Positions 27,792 through 36,381 of a stretch of DNA of 64,000 nt are shown one piece after another. This stretch comes from Planctomycetota bacterium (lineage in GTDB: Bacteria > Planctomycetota > UBA1135 > GCA-002686595). Numbering within the stretch: position 1 is the first letter of the stretch; every line of letters starts with the position of its first letter. A model generated the notes under the pieces. The model was not told the DNA's origin and made no database searches. It saw only the letters and a program-made list of their open reading frames with translations. Where the stretch lies: the NCBI GenBank assembly GCA_016709875.1, contig JADJLZ010000009.1, positions 218,824 to 282,823 on the forward strand. Direction: 5' to 3'. The translations under genes were made by a program, and so were the position numbers.

Positions 27792-29156
27792 ATGCCCACG
27801 CGCAAAGACCACAAGGCGGCCTGCCGCCTCGCCCCCGGAGCCGGCCGCGAGCTCGTCACCGCCCCCGTGATGCAGGCCGAGTCGCTCGACCAGCTCTTCG
27901 AGCACTCGCTGCCCTCCTTCGGCGGCGCGTACCTGCGGCGCATCTGGACGCTGCTCGACGAGTGCGTCGGCAAGGGTCTGCCGATGACGCTCTCGATCGC
28001 CGGACCGGTGACGGTCTCGGGCCAGCACTACGCCTGGCTCAACCCGCTGCTCGACACGGGCTGGTTCATGCTGCTCTCGACCACGGACGCCGTGTGCTAC
28101 CACGACGGCCACCGCGCGCTCGACGGTGCGCGCAAGCACCCCTTCCACGAGGTGGCGATCTTCGGCGACGACGGCGCGCTGCGCGACGAGAAGACGATCC
28201 GCGTCACCGACATCGGCTTCGACGAGGAGGTGCTGCTCGAGCAGGACCGCTTCATCACCGCCTGCCTGCGCGAGCCCGAGTTCCAGCGCCGCATGACCGG
28301 CCCGGTGTTTCGCCAGCTGCTCGGTCGGCGCTACGCCGAGCAGGAAGCGCGCAACCAGTGCCCCGAGGGCCTGCTCGCACTCTGCGCACGCAAAGAGCTG
28401 CCGATTTTCGTCGGCGCGCCCGGCGACGGCTCGGTGTTCCTCAACTCGATGAAGCTCTGGGCGCTCGCGCAGGCCGCGGGCGGCGAGCACCGCTTCGAAC
28501 TCGACCTGCACGCGGAGGTCTTCGAGAGCTGCGCCTACCACTACTGGGGCCTGCGCGAGACCAAAGCCGGCGCGATCGGCACGCTGATCCTGGGCGGCGG
28601 CGTGCCCAAGAACTTCAATCTGCAGCCCGAACCGGCGCTCTCCCAGATCTTCGGCCTCGAGGACATCTCGGGCTACCTGTACGACATCCAGATCACGAGC
28701 GCGCCGGTCACCGACGGTTCGCTCTCCTCCTGCCCGCCGGCCGAGGCGGTCACCTGGGGCAAGGTCGACCAGGAGCACTTCCGTTCGACCTGCGAGAGCA
28801 TGCAGGCCGACTACTCGATGGTGATGCCCTTCCTCGTGCGCGCGCTGCTCGAGAAGCGCGCGCGCTTCGAGCGCTGGGCTGAGCGCATGGGCGAGAAGGC
28901 GCTCTTCGCCAAGCACCCCGCGGCGCGCGGCTACCTGCGGCCGCGCGAGGGCTACCGGCTGCTCGGCAAGCGCGAGGAGCTGATGGCCGAGCTGATGAAA
29001 GAGGTCGGAAAGAACTCCAAGCGCCTCGAGCAGGAGAGCCTCTACCCGCTGGCCGGCGCGAAGCCGCGCAAGCCGCGCAAGCCGAACAAGCCGAACAAGC
29101 CGAACAAGCCGCGCAAGCCGCGCAAGCCCGCGCCGCGCGCGAAGGCCAAGCGATGA
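27792..29156 (+). CDS. Deoxyhypusine-synthase-like protein with basic KP(R/N) C-terminal tail
   Basis: LILGGGVPKNF and AEAVTWGKV resemble the DHS signatures ILGGGVVKHH / DEAVSWGKI. C-terminal tail ...KPRKPRKPNKPNKPNKPRKPRKPAPRAKAKR. Confidence 0.6.
   Translation: MPTRKDHKAACRLAPGAGRELVTAPVMQAESLDQLFEHSLPSFGGAYLRRIWTLLDECVGKGLPMTLSIAGPVTVSGQHYAWLNPLLDTGWFMLLSTTDAVCYHDGHRALDGARKHPFHEVAIFGDDGALRDEKTIRVTDIGFDEEVLLEQDRFITACLREPEFQRRMTGPVFRQLLGRRYAEQEARNQCPEGLLALCARKELPIFVGAPGDGSVFLNSMKLWALAQAAGGEHRFELDLHAEVFESCAYHYWGLRETKAGAIGTLILGGGVPKNFNLQPEPALSQIFGLEDISGYLYDIQITSAPVTDGSLSSCPPAEAVTWGKVDQEHFRSTCESMQADYSMVMPFLVRALLEKRARFERWAERMGEKALFAKHPAARGYLRPREGYRLLGKREELMAELMKEVGKNSKRLEQESLYPLAGAKPRKPRKPNKPNKPNKPRKPRKPAPRAKAKR
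29062..29124 (+). repeat. Seven tandem 9-bp repeats aagccg(c/a)(g/a)c encoding (KPR/KPN)n
   Basis: Read directly: aagccgcgc aagccgcgc aagccgaac aagccgaac aagccgaac aagccgcgc aagccgcgc, inside the DHS-like CDS tail. Confidence 0.8.
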
Positions 29157-29875
29157 AGCTCTTCGCGCTCGTGCTCGCGCTGCTGCCCGCCCTGTCCGCG
29201 CAGGAGAAGCCTGTCGATCCCGACAGCGCGAAGTACTCCGCGCTGCTCGAGAAGTACGTCGCGGACGGGCGTGTGGACTACGCGGGCTTGCGCAAGGACC
29301 GCGCTGCGCTCGACGCCTACCTGAAGGCGGCCAGCGAAGCGCGCGGCGAGCACGGGCTCGCGTTCTGGCTCAACGTCTACAACGCGAGCGTGTTGCGCGA
29401 CCTCGTCGACAGCGGCGAGAAGCTGCCCGCCAAGGTCACCGACCTCGCGGGCTTCTTCGACGCCAAGAAGCACACGGTCAACGGCGAGTCGCGCACGTTG
29501 AACCAGATCGAGGGCTTCGTGCGCGAGCACTGGAAGGACCCGCGCGTGCACTTCGCGCTCAACTGCGGTGCGCGCAGCTGCCCGCCGCTCCCCGCGCGCG
29601 CCTTCGTCGAGGAGAAGCTCGACGCCAAGCTCGAGGAGCTCACGCGCGCCTTCCTCGACGGCCCGGGGATCGTGCTCGATCCCAAGGCCAAGGAAGTGCG
29701 TGTCACGAAGCTCCTCGACTGGTACCGCGACGACTTCACGGCCGGTTCCGGCACGCTCGAGAGCTTCCTGCGCAAGCACGTCACCGACGGGCGCAAGCTC
29801 GACGCACTCGGCGGCGCGAACTCGTGGAAGCTCGCGTTCCAGGACTACGACTGGACGCCCAACTCCGCACGCTGA
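29153..29875 (+). CDS. Secreted DUF547-family protein
   Basis: ATGA overlap with the upstream gene. Signal peptide MKLFALVLALLPALSA. ...LAFWLNVYNASVL...DPRVHFALNCGARSCPPL... is characteristic of DUF547. Confidence 0.65.
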   Translation: MKLFALVLALLPALSAQEKPVDPDSAKYSALLEKYVADGRVDYAGLRKDRAALDAYLKAASEARGEHGLAFWLNVYNASVLRDLVDSGEKLPAKVTDLAGFFDAKKHTVNGESRTLNQIEGFVREHWKDPRVHFALNCGARSCPPLPARAFVEEKLDAKLEELTRAFLDGPGIVLDPKAKEVRVTKLLDWYRDDFTAGSGTLESFLRKHVTDGRKLDALGGANSWKLAFQDYDWTPNSAR

Positions 29876-29978
29876 GGCCCTGAATCGCCGGCCTCTTGTG
29901 CAACCGGGGGCCGGATCGGGTATAGGTGGTCTCGCCGACCTGGAGAAGGCACGCGCCTGGGCGCGTTCGGAGGATCCC

Positions 29979-32036
29979 ATGCTCGCTCGTTCCGTGCTCG
30001 CCGGCTCGCTGGCGATGACGCTCTTTCCCGCGTTCGCTCCCGCACGTCCGCTCCCCTTCGGTGGCCACCACGCCCCGCCTCCCAACGGCGGCACTTGGGG
30101 CGGCGGCGGAGACACGGTGCCCCCGCCCAAGCCCTCGACGCCGACTCCCAAAGCCGCGCCGAGCGGTCCCAAGAGCGGCGAAGCTCCTGCACCGAGCGGC
30201 CCCAAGGGCGCTCCCGTCGCCGGCCACGCGCCGAGCGCTCCGCAAGCGCCGCTCGGCGCGACCACGCCGCAGCCTGCGGGAGGCGCAGGCGCCCTCACCG
30301 GCGGCGACGACGCGGCATTCGAGGCCAGCTGGAACGTGTGGTGGTTCTTCCACCAGGACGAGTTCCTGCACTACGCCAGCGGCCCGACGACCTCCGACCT
30401 GCGCCTGCTCGACCAGCCCGCGACGCGCCAGGCCTCCGACGAGGCGGTCGTGCGGTCGATCGCCGCGGTGATCGAGCGCGAGCGCTCGACCGAGATCCTG
30501 ACCGGCGCGCTGCTCGGCGTCGCGCGCGTGCACCAGCCCGATGCACTGCTCGCGATCCGCGCGGGCCTCGCCTCGAGCACCATGCGCGTGCGCGAGGTGA
30601 GCCTCGTCGCGCTCGGTGCGAGCGGCGACGAGTCGGTGCTCGGCGACCTCGAGTCGCTGCTGCGCGACGACGCGCAGGGCCGCAAGCTGTCCGGCGAACG
30701 CGGCCAGGGGACCTCGCAGCGCATGCGCGCCTACGCCGCCTACGGCCTGGGGCTCGCGGCGGAGAACTCGAGCAGCGGGCGCGTGCGCCAGATGGCGGCG
30801 CGCGCACTCTCCGACGTGCTCAGCCGCGACCGCTCGGCCTCGGCTGACCTGCAGAGCGCCTGCGCGCTCGCGCTGGGTCTCGTGCCGCTGCCCGCGATGC
30901 CCGGCCTGGCGCGCGAGAAGGACGACGCGACGCCCTGGGTCTCGCGCGAGCGCATGGCGGACTTCCTCGCCGAACTGCTGGCCGACAAGGATCGCCCCGA
31001 GGTCTTGCGCGCGCAGCTCCCGTGCGTGCTCGCGCGCCTGGTCGCCGACGCGGACAACCCCACGCGCACCGCGGCTGCGCAGGCGATCGTTACGCAGCTG
31101 CAGCGCGGCAGCGCCGTCTCTGGCGGCCTGCGCGAGGGCTGCATCCAGGCGCTGGGCGAGCTCGCGCGCCCCGTGCGCGGCGCGGTCGACCTGAAGGTGC
31201 AGAACGCGCTCGTGCAAGCCGCCGAGCGCGGGCCCGAGGCCGAGCGCTGCTTTGCCTGGATGGCGCTCGCGTCCGTCGCCGCGCGCGAGGGCGACGGCGA
31301 GTCGCCCGCAACCGAGCGCGGCGTGCTGCGCATGCGCCTCGTGCAAGCGCTCGCGAGCGTGCGCTCGCACGAACGCTCCTGGATCGCGCTCGCGCTGGGC
31401 GTGCTCGAGTCTCGCCGCGCCCGCGCGGGCGACCTCGAACCCTCGCTCGAGGTGCGCGCAGCCCTGCGCACGGCTTTCGGCCGCGCGAGCGGCCCCGAGG
31501 AAGAGGCCGCGATCGCGATGGGCATCGGTCTCTGCGGCGACCTCGAGGGCACGACGCTGGTCGCCGAGCGGCTGCAGCGCAACTCGCAGTCGCACCTGGT
31601 CGGCTATGAAGTGCTCGCACTCGGCCTCGCGCACGACGCGAGCCAGCGCGGGCGGCTCGAGAAGCTGCTCGAGACGAGCAACGACCCGGTCGTGGTCGAA
31701 CACGCCGCCGAGGCGCTGGGCCTGATCGGCGACGAAAACCTGACGCGCCTGCTCCTCGCCGGCGCGCAGTCGAACGCCAGCCTCGAAGCGCGCGAGAGCC
31801 ACGTGCTCGCGCTCGCCGACGTGGGCGACCGCAGCGCGCTCGCGCTGCTGGCGAAGAAGCTCGCCGACGAGAACCAGCCGCCGTGCATGCGCGCGGCGCT
31901 CTCGGGCGCGCTGGGCGGGATCTGCGACCACGACGGAAGGAAGTGGTACGCGGGCCTGCGCACGCTGGCGAACTGGCGCGTGGCGAGCCTGACGCTGGTC
32001 ACCGGCGACGGCGCGGGCGTGCTCGAGATGGGCTGA
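29979..32036 (+). CDS. Secreted HEAT/PBS-lyase-repeat protein, paralog 3
   Basis: GGAGGA RBS 4 nt before the ATG. Signal peptide MLARSVLAGSLAMTLFPAFAPA. P/G-rich linker. WNVWWFFHQDEFLHY motif. HEAT-like repeats. C-terminus GVLEMG. Same architecture as 12173-16242. Confidence 0.6.
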   Translation: MLARSVLAGSLAMTLFPAFAPARPLPFGGHHAPPPNGGTWGGGGDTVPPPKPSTPTPKAAPSGPKSGEAPAPSGPKGAPVAGHAPSAPQAPLGATTPQPAGGAGALTGGDDAAFEASWNVWWFFHQDEFLHYASGPTTSDLRLLDQPATRQASDEAVVRSIAAVIERERSTEILTGALLGVARVHQPDALLAIRAGLASSTMRVREVSLVALGASGDESVLGDLESLLRDDAQGRKLSGERGQGTSQRMRAYAAYGLGLAAENSSSGRVRQMAARALSDVLSRDRSASADLQSACALALGLVPLPAMPGLAREKDDATPWVSRERMADFLAELLADKDRPEVLRAQLPCVLARLVADADNPTRTAAAQAIVTQLQRGSAVSGGLREGCIQALGELARPVRGAVDLKVQNALVQAAERGPEAERCFAWMALASVAAREGDGESPATERGVLRMRLVQALASVRSHERSWIALALGVLESRRARAGDLEPSLEVRAALRTAFGRASGPEEEAAIAMGIGLCGDLEGTTLVAERLQRNSQSHLVGYEVLALGLAHDASQRGRLEKLLETSNDPVVVEHAAEALGLIGDENLTRLLLAGAQSNASLEARESHVLALADVGDRSALALLAKKLADENQPPCMRAALSGALGGICDHDGRKWYAGLRTLANWRVASLTLVTGDGAGVLEMG

Positions 32037-32045
32037 GAGACCGGG

Positions 32046-32979
32046 CTACCACAACCACCCCGCCCCCGCGCGGATCGCCTCGGCGGTCACGCGTTTCCCG
32101 CGCAGGCCGTCGAGGATCCCCAGCCCCTTCGCCAGCACCGCCTTCCCGCGGCCGCGGAAGAGGCCCGCGATCCACAGGAGCGGCAGGCTGAGCACGTCGA
32201 AGACGAAGAAGCGCAGCCACTCGCCCGCGCGCGCGTGGCGGCGCAGGAACCAGATCGAATTCACGCCCATCATGTACTTGCGGCGCGGGTTGTAGCCGCC
32301 GCCGGTCGCGGCCGAGGTCGCGTGCTCCACCGCCGCATCCCCCACCAGCCAGACCTCGAAGCCCGCGCGGCGCGCGCGCAGGCACAGGTCGACGTCCTCC
32401 ATGTAGGCGAAGTACTCGGCGTCGAACATTCCGATCCGCTCGAGCAGCGCGCGCCGCGCGAGCAGCGCGCAGCCGGGGACGTAGTCCACCGCGCGCGACT
32501 CGCGCCACGTCGGGCCGTCGGGCTCGAGGTGTCCGCGCAGCGTCGAGAGGTTCTCGCGCCAGGTGAGCTCGCCGCCCGCGCACCACACGCGCGAGGGGTC
32601 GGACTTGTAGAGCACGCGCGGGCCGACGATCCCCGCAGTGGGCCGCGCCTCGAGCGCCGCCGCGAGCTGCGCCAGCGTGCCCGGCGGGGCAACGACGTCG
32701 TTGTTGACGAAGAAGACCGCGCGCGCGCCGAGCTCGAGCGCGAGGCGCGCGCCCTGGTTGGCGGCCTCGCCGAAGCCGAGGTTGCTGGCGTTCTCGATCA
32801 CGCGCAGGCGCGGGTGGCGCGCGCGCACGAGCGCCAGCGAGCCGTCGCTCGAGCCGTTGTCGACGAAGACGATGCGCTCCTCGGGGAGCTCCTGCGCGAC
32901 GAGCGAGCGCAGGCACTCGAGGTTCTCCTCGCCGCCGTTCCAGTTGGCGACGACGGCGAAGATGCCGGCGGACTCCACG
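32046..32979 (-). CDS. Family-2 glycosyltransferase
   Basis: GTG start 3 nt after the xseA stop. ...FAVVANWNGGEENLECLRSL...VFVDNGSSDGS...YMEDVDLCLRARRAGF... are GT2 motifs. C-terminal membrane segment. Confidence 0.65.
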
Positions 32980-32982
32980 CGC

Positions 32983-34299
32983 CTAGCTCCCCTTCTCGCG
33001 CGCGGCTTCGACACGCGAGACGAGCAGGCCCTCGTGCAGCACGGACTCGATTCCCTCGCCCGGGGTGACCTCGCTCGCGCGGCGCACGAGCGTGCCGTCG
33101 GGCCGGCGCGTGATCGAATAGCCGCGCTCGAGCACGCGGAAGGGCGAGGTCGCCTCGAGCGTCGCCGAAGCGCGCTCCATGCGCTTCTCCGCGCGCGAGC
33201 GCGGCGCCTCGGCGGCGACGCGCAGGCGCACCCCAACGCGCGCAAGGCGCGCGGAGAGCGCTTCGAGGCGCGCGCGCGGGTGCTGGCGCTCGACGCGCGT
33301 CGCCAGGGCCGCCATGCGCGCCGCGGGCCGGTCGAGCAGCGCACCCGCGCGAAAGCGCAGCGCGCGCGTCGCGTGCTCCAGGCGCGTGGCGCGCGCCTCG
33401 AGCGTGCCCTCGAGCGCGGTTCCGAGGTAGCCGCCAAGGCGTTCGAGCTCGGCCTCGAGCGCGCGTTTCTCGGGGATCACGGTCTGCGCGGCGTCGGTGG
33501 GCGTGTGCGCGCGGTGGTCGGCGACGAGGTCGGCGAGCGTCGTGTCGGTCTCGTGGCCGACGCCGGTGACGACCGGCACGCTCGTGTTCCAAAGGGCCTC
33601 GGCCACGGCCAGCTCGTTGAAGCACCACAGGTCCTCCAGGCTGCCGCCGCCGCGCGCGAGCACGATCAGGTCGACGCCCGAGGCGTCGATGCGCCGGATC
33701 GCGGCCGCGATCTCGGCCGCGGCGACGGGGCCCTGCACGCTCGTGTGCACGAAGCGCACGGGGTAGAGCGGCCAGCGCAGCGAGCGCGTGCGCAGGAAGT
33801 CCTGCAGCGCCGCGGTGTCGCGGCTGGTCACCAGACCGATCACGCGCGGCAGCGTGGGCAGCGGACGGCGGCGCTCGAACCAGCCGCGCACCTTGAGCTC
33901 GGCTTTGAGCGCCTCGAGCTTCGCCAGCAGGTCGCCGATGCCGCGCTGCTCGAGGCGCTGCACGATCAGCGAGTAGGTGCCGCGCGGCGCATAGACGTCG
34001 AGGCGCCCGTGCGCGATCACCTTGGCGCCCTCCTTGAGGTCGAAGCGCACCGCTGTCGGCAGCGCGCTGCGCCAGATGGCGCAGGAGATCTTGGCGTCGA
34101 TGTCCTTGAGGTCGAAGTACACGTGGCCCGCGGCGGCACGCTTCACCTGAGTGATCTCGCCCTCGACCGCGAGGCGGCCGAGGCCCTCGAGGTTGGACTT
34201 GATCGCGCGCGTCAGCTCGCGCACGCCGAGCACGCGCGGTCCGGCGGACTCCGCGGAAGGATCCAGCGGGCCGGGGGCGGGTGCGTCGAACAAGCTCAC
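32983..34299 (-). CDS. xseA: Exodeoxyribonuclease VII large subunit
   Basis: 438 aa. N-terminal OB-fold (VEGEITQVKRAAAGHVYFDLKD), catalytic core and C-terminal coiled coil, as in XseA. Confidence 0.8.
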   Translation of the reverse strand: MSLFDAPAPGPLDPSAESAGPRVLGVRELTRAIKSNLEGLGRLAVEGEITQVKRAAAGHVYFDLKDIDAKISCAIWRSALPTAVRFDLKEGAKVIAHGRLDVYAPRGTYSLIVQRLEQRGIGDLLAKLEALKAELKVRGWFERRRPLPTLPRVIGLVTSRDTAALQDFLRTRSLRWPLYPVRFVHTSVQGPVAAAEIAAAIRRIDASGVDLIVLARGGGSLEDLWCFNELAVAEALWNTSVPVVTGVGHETDTTLADLVADHRAHTPTDAAQTVIPEKRALEAELERLGGYLGTALEGTLEARATRLEHATRALRFRAGALLDRPAARMAALATRVERQHPRARLEALSARLARVGVRLRVAAEAPRSRAEKRMERASATLEATSPFRVLERGYSITRRPDGTLVRRASEVTPGEGIESVLHEGLLVSRVEAAREKGS

Positions 34300-34330
34300 G
34301 CGCTCGTTATGTCCGCGGCGTGGGCCTGCG

Positions 34331-35470
34331 TCAATCCCGCTTCGGGGACGAGTGCACGAGCGGCACGCCGGCCTTGGCCCAGAGCTGCGCGTCGGCCTGC
34401 GGCAGGAAGATGCGGTAGCGATCCTCGAGGAAGGGCAGCTTCTGGTCGCCGCGCACCTGCGCGCCCTGCTCGAGCAGCAACTGCACGCCGGTCGGCTGCT
34501 CCTGGATCGTCATGCGGTCGGCGAAGAGCTTGCGCTCCATGCGTCCGTCGCGGTCGAAGCCGTCGAGCACGACCTCGCGCAGGACGTCGCCTTGCACGCC
34601 GCCGAGCGCGGAGAGGCGCCACCAGCCCGCGCTCGCGTCCTCGCGCAGGAGCAGGTTGAGCGCGACGCGGATCACCGTGCGGTCATGGCGGCCGTCGTCG
34701 ATCGGCTGCGCGGCCGCCGCGGGCCCGAAGAGCTCGGGCACCTTCGCGATCCAGCGCGCGGGGTCGACCTCCGGCAATTCGATGCGCCGCGTGCCACGGC
34801 GCGCCGCGGGATCCGCCGCCGTCTCGACCACGCTCGCGCCCGGCTCGTCGAAGGGGAAGCGCTGTGCGCCGCGGCGCTCGTAGCCCTGCTCGAGCACGAT
34901 CGTGAGCGTGCGCGCGGCCTGGCTGCCCTCCAGGCGCAGACGTTCCGCGCAAAGCGTTCCGTAAGGCCGCCCGTCGGGGTCGAGCTCGCGCAGGACCACG
35001 GGACCAAGGGCTCCCTGCTCGAACTCGCCCGCCTCGAGCAGGTCCAGACCGGCGACCTCGTCGGCGAAGAACAACGCGCGCAGCTTCGCGAGCAGCTCGC
35101 GGCCGTGTGCCCGGCGACCCGCGCGCGCGGGATCTTCGACGCTCGCCTGGGGGGCTGGGTTCTCCCCCACGAGCGGCGTCGGGAACTCCGGCGGCTTCAC
35201 TCCCGCGGCGCGCGAGAGTTCGCTCAGGCCGCGCGTGAAGCGCAGCCACTCCTCCTCGCGCGCGAAGCGCTGTGCGCGCTCGGCTTGCAGCTCGCCTTCG
35301 AGCTCGACGATGCGCGCCTGCGCCTCCTCGAGCTGGGCGCGCAGATCGGCAACTTCGGAGCCCGCCGGCCTGGGCGGCGCGGGCTCCTGCAGCGCGGAGG
35401 CCGCGCTGGAATCCGAGCAACCGCCCAGGAGCAGGGCGAGGATCAGGAGGCTGGCGGGGACGGGAGACAT
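34331..35470 (-). CDS. Lipoprotein (hypothetical), N-terminal coiled coil
   Basis: MSPVPASLLILALLLGGCSD lipobox. No recognisable domain. Confidence 0.45.
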   Translation of the reverse strand: MSPVPASLLILALLLGGCSDSSAASALQEPAPPRPAGSEVADLRAQLEEAQARIVELEGELQAERAQRFAREEEWLRFTRGLSELSRAAGVKPPEFPTPLVGENPAPQASVEDPARAGRRAHGRELLAKLRALFFADEVAGLDLLEAGEFEQGALGPVVLRELDPDGRPYGTLCAERLRLEGSQAARTLTIVLEQGYERRGAQRFPFDEPGASVVETAADPAARRGTRRIELPEVDPARWIAKVPELFGPAAAAQPIDDGRHDRTVIRVALNLLLREDASAGWWRLSALGGVQGDVLREVVLDGFDRDGRMERKLFADRMTIQEQPTGVQLLLEQGAQVRGDQKLPFLEDRYRIFLPQADAQLWAKAGVPLVHSSPKRD

Positions 35471-35522
35471 TCAGCTTGCAGCAGCGGGACGCCACTCGGC
35501 CGGCGTTCTTCCCCGCGCGGGC

Positions 35523-36323
35523 TCACTTCTCCGCGTCCCAGTTGTCGCGCTTGTTCTTGTTCCACCAGCGCTGCCACTCGACCGGGTCGCGCTCGTCGTG
35601 CTTGGAGAGCTTCTGCAGGGCCGTGATCAGCGGCGCCCCGATCACGTCGTAGCGCGCGCGCGCGACGGTGTCGTTGGGGTTGCCGTCGGTCTGGCTCTTG
35701 GCGGCGGTCAGGTTCTTCAGGACCGTCTCGAAGACCGCCTTGCGCTCGGTCAGCTCCAGTTCACCGAAGTTCGAGAGCGCGCTGCCGGCCGCCGCGACCA
35801 TCCAGTCGTCCTTGCTGTTGAGCAGCATTTCGAGCGGCTTGAGCGCTTCCTTGTCCTTGGTCTTGCCGAGCGAATCGACCAGGCGGGTCTGCAGCGCCTG
35901 GTCCTTCTTCAGGTCCTTCTGGCCGATCCACTTGAGCAGCTCCTTGGTGCTCTCGGGCGCCATCGTGGAGAGCGCCACGGCGGCCGCCATGTTGAGCTTG
36001 TTGTTCGGCGGATCCCCTTCCTTCACGAGTCGGCGCTGCTCGAAGCACTTCGAGAGCATGCTGACGACGTCCTTGCGATCCTTGGGGCCGCAGTTGGGGA
36101 ATTCCTGCACCAGTTCGTCGATCACACCGATCGCGTCAGTGTCCTTCTCGCCCTTGCGGTCGCTGATCAGGTCCTTCAGCTTCTCGACCTTCTCGGCGAC
36201 CTCGGGCCGCTTGTCGGGCTTTTCCTTCGCGTCCTGCTTCTCGGCCTGGAGGGGCGCGGAGGGAGCTGCGCAGAGCGGCGCGGGGGACAGGAGCAGGGCA
36301 CACAAGAACAGCGGTTTCCACAT
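35523..36323 (-). CDS. Secreted alpha-helical repeat (HEAT-like) protein, hypothetical
   Basis: ATG 36321-36323 gives MWKPLFLCALLLSPAPLCAAP. K/E-rich helical repeats. Ends ...WQRWWNKNKRDNWDAEK. Confidence 0.45.
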   Translation of the reverse strand: MWKPLFLCALLLSPAPLCAAPSAPLQAEKQDAKEKPDKRPEVAEKVEKLKDLISDRKGEKDTDAIGVIDELVQEFPNCGPKDRKDVVSMLSKCFEQRRLVKEGDPPNNKLNMAAAVALSTMAPESTKELLKWIGQKDLKKDQALQTRLVDSLGKTKDKEALKPLEMLLNSKDDWMVAAAGSALSNFGELELTERKAVFETVLKNLTAAKSQTDGNPNDTVARARYDVIGAPLITALQKLSKHDERDPVEWQRWWNKNKRDNWDAEK

Positions 36324-36381
36324 GGCTTTGACCTCGAGGGCCCCATTACCGCAAGCGGCGTGCCCGAGAGCAAGCGGCTCT

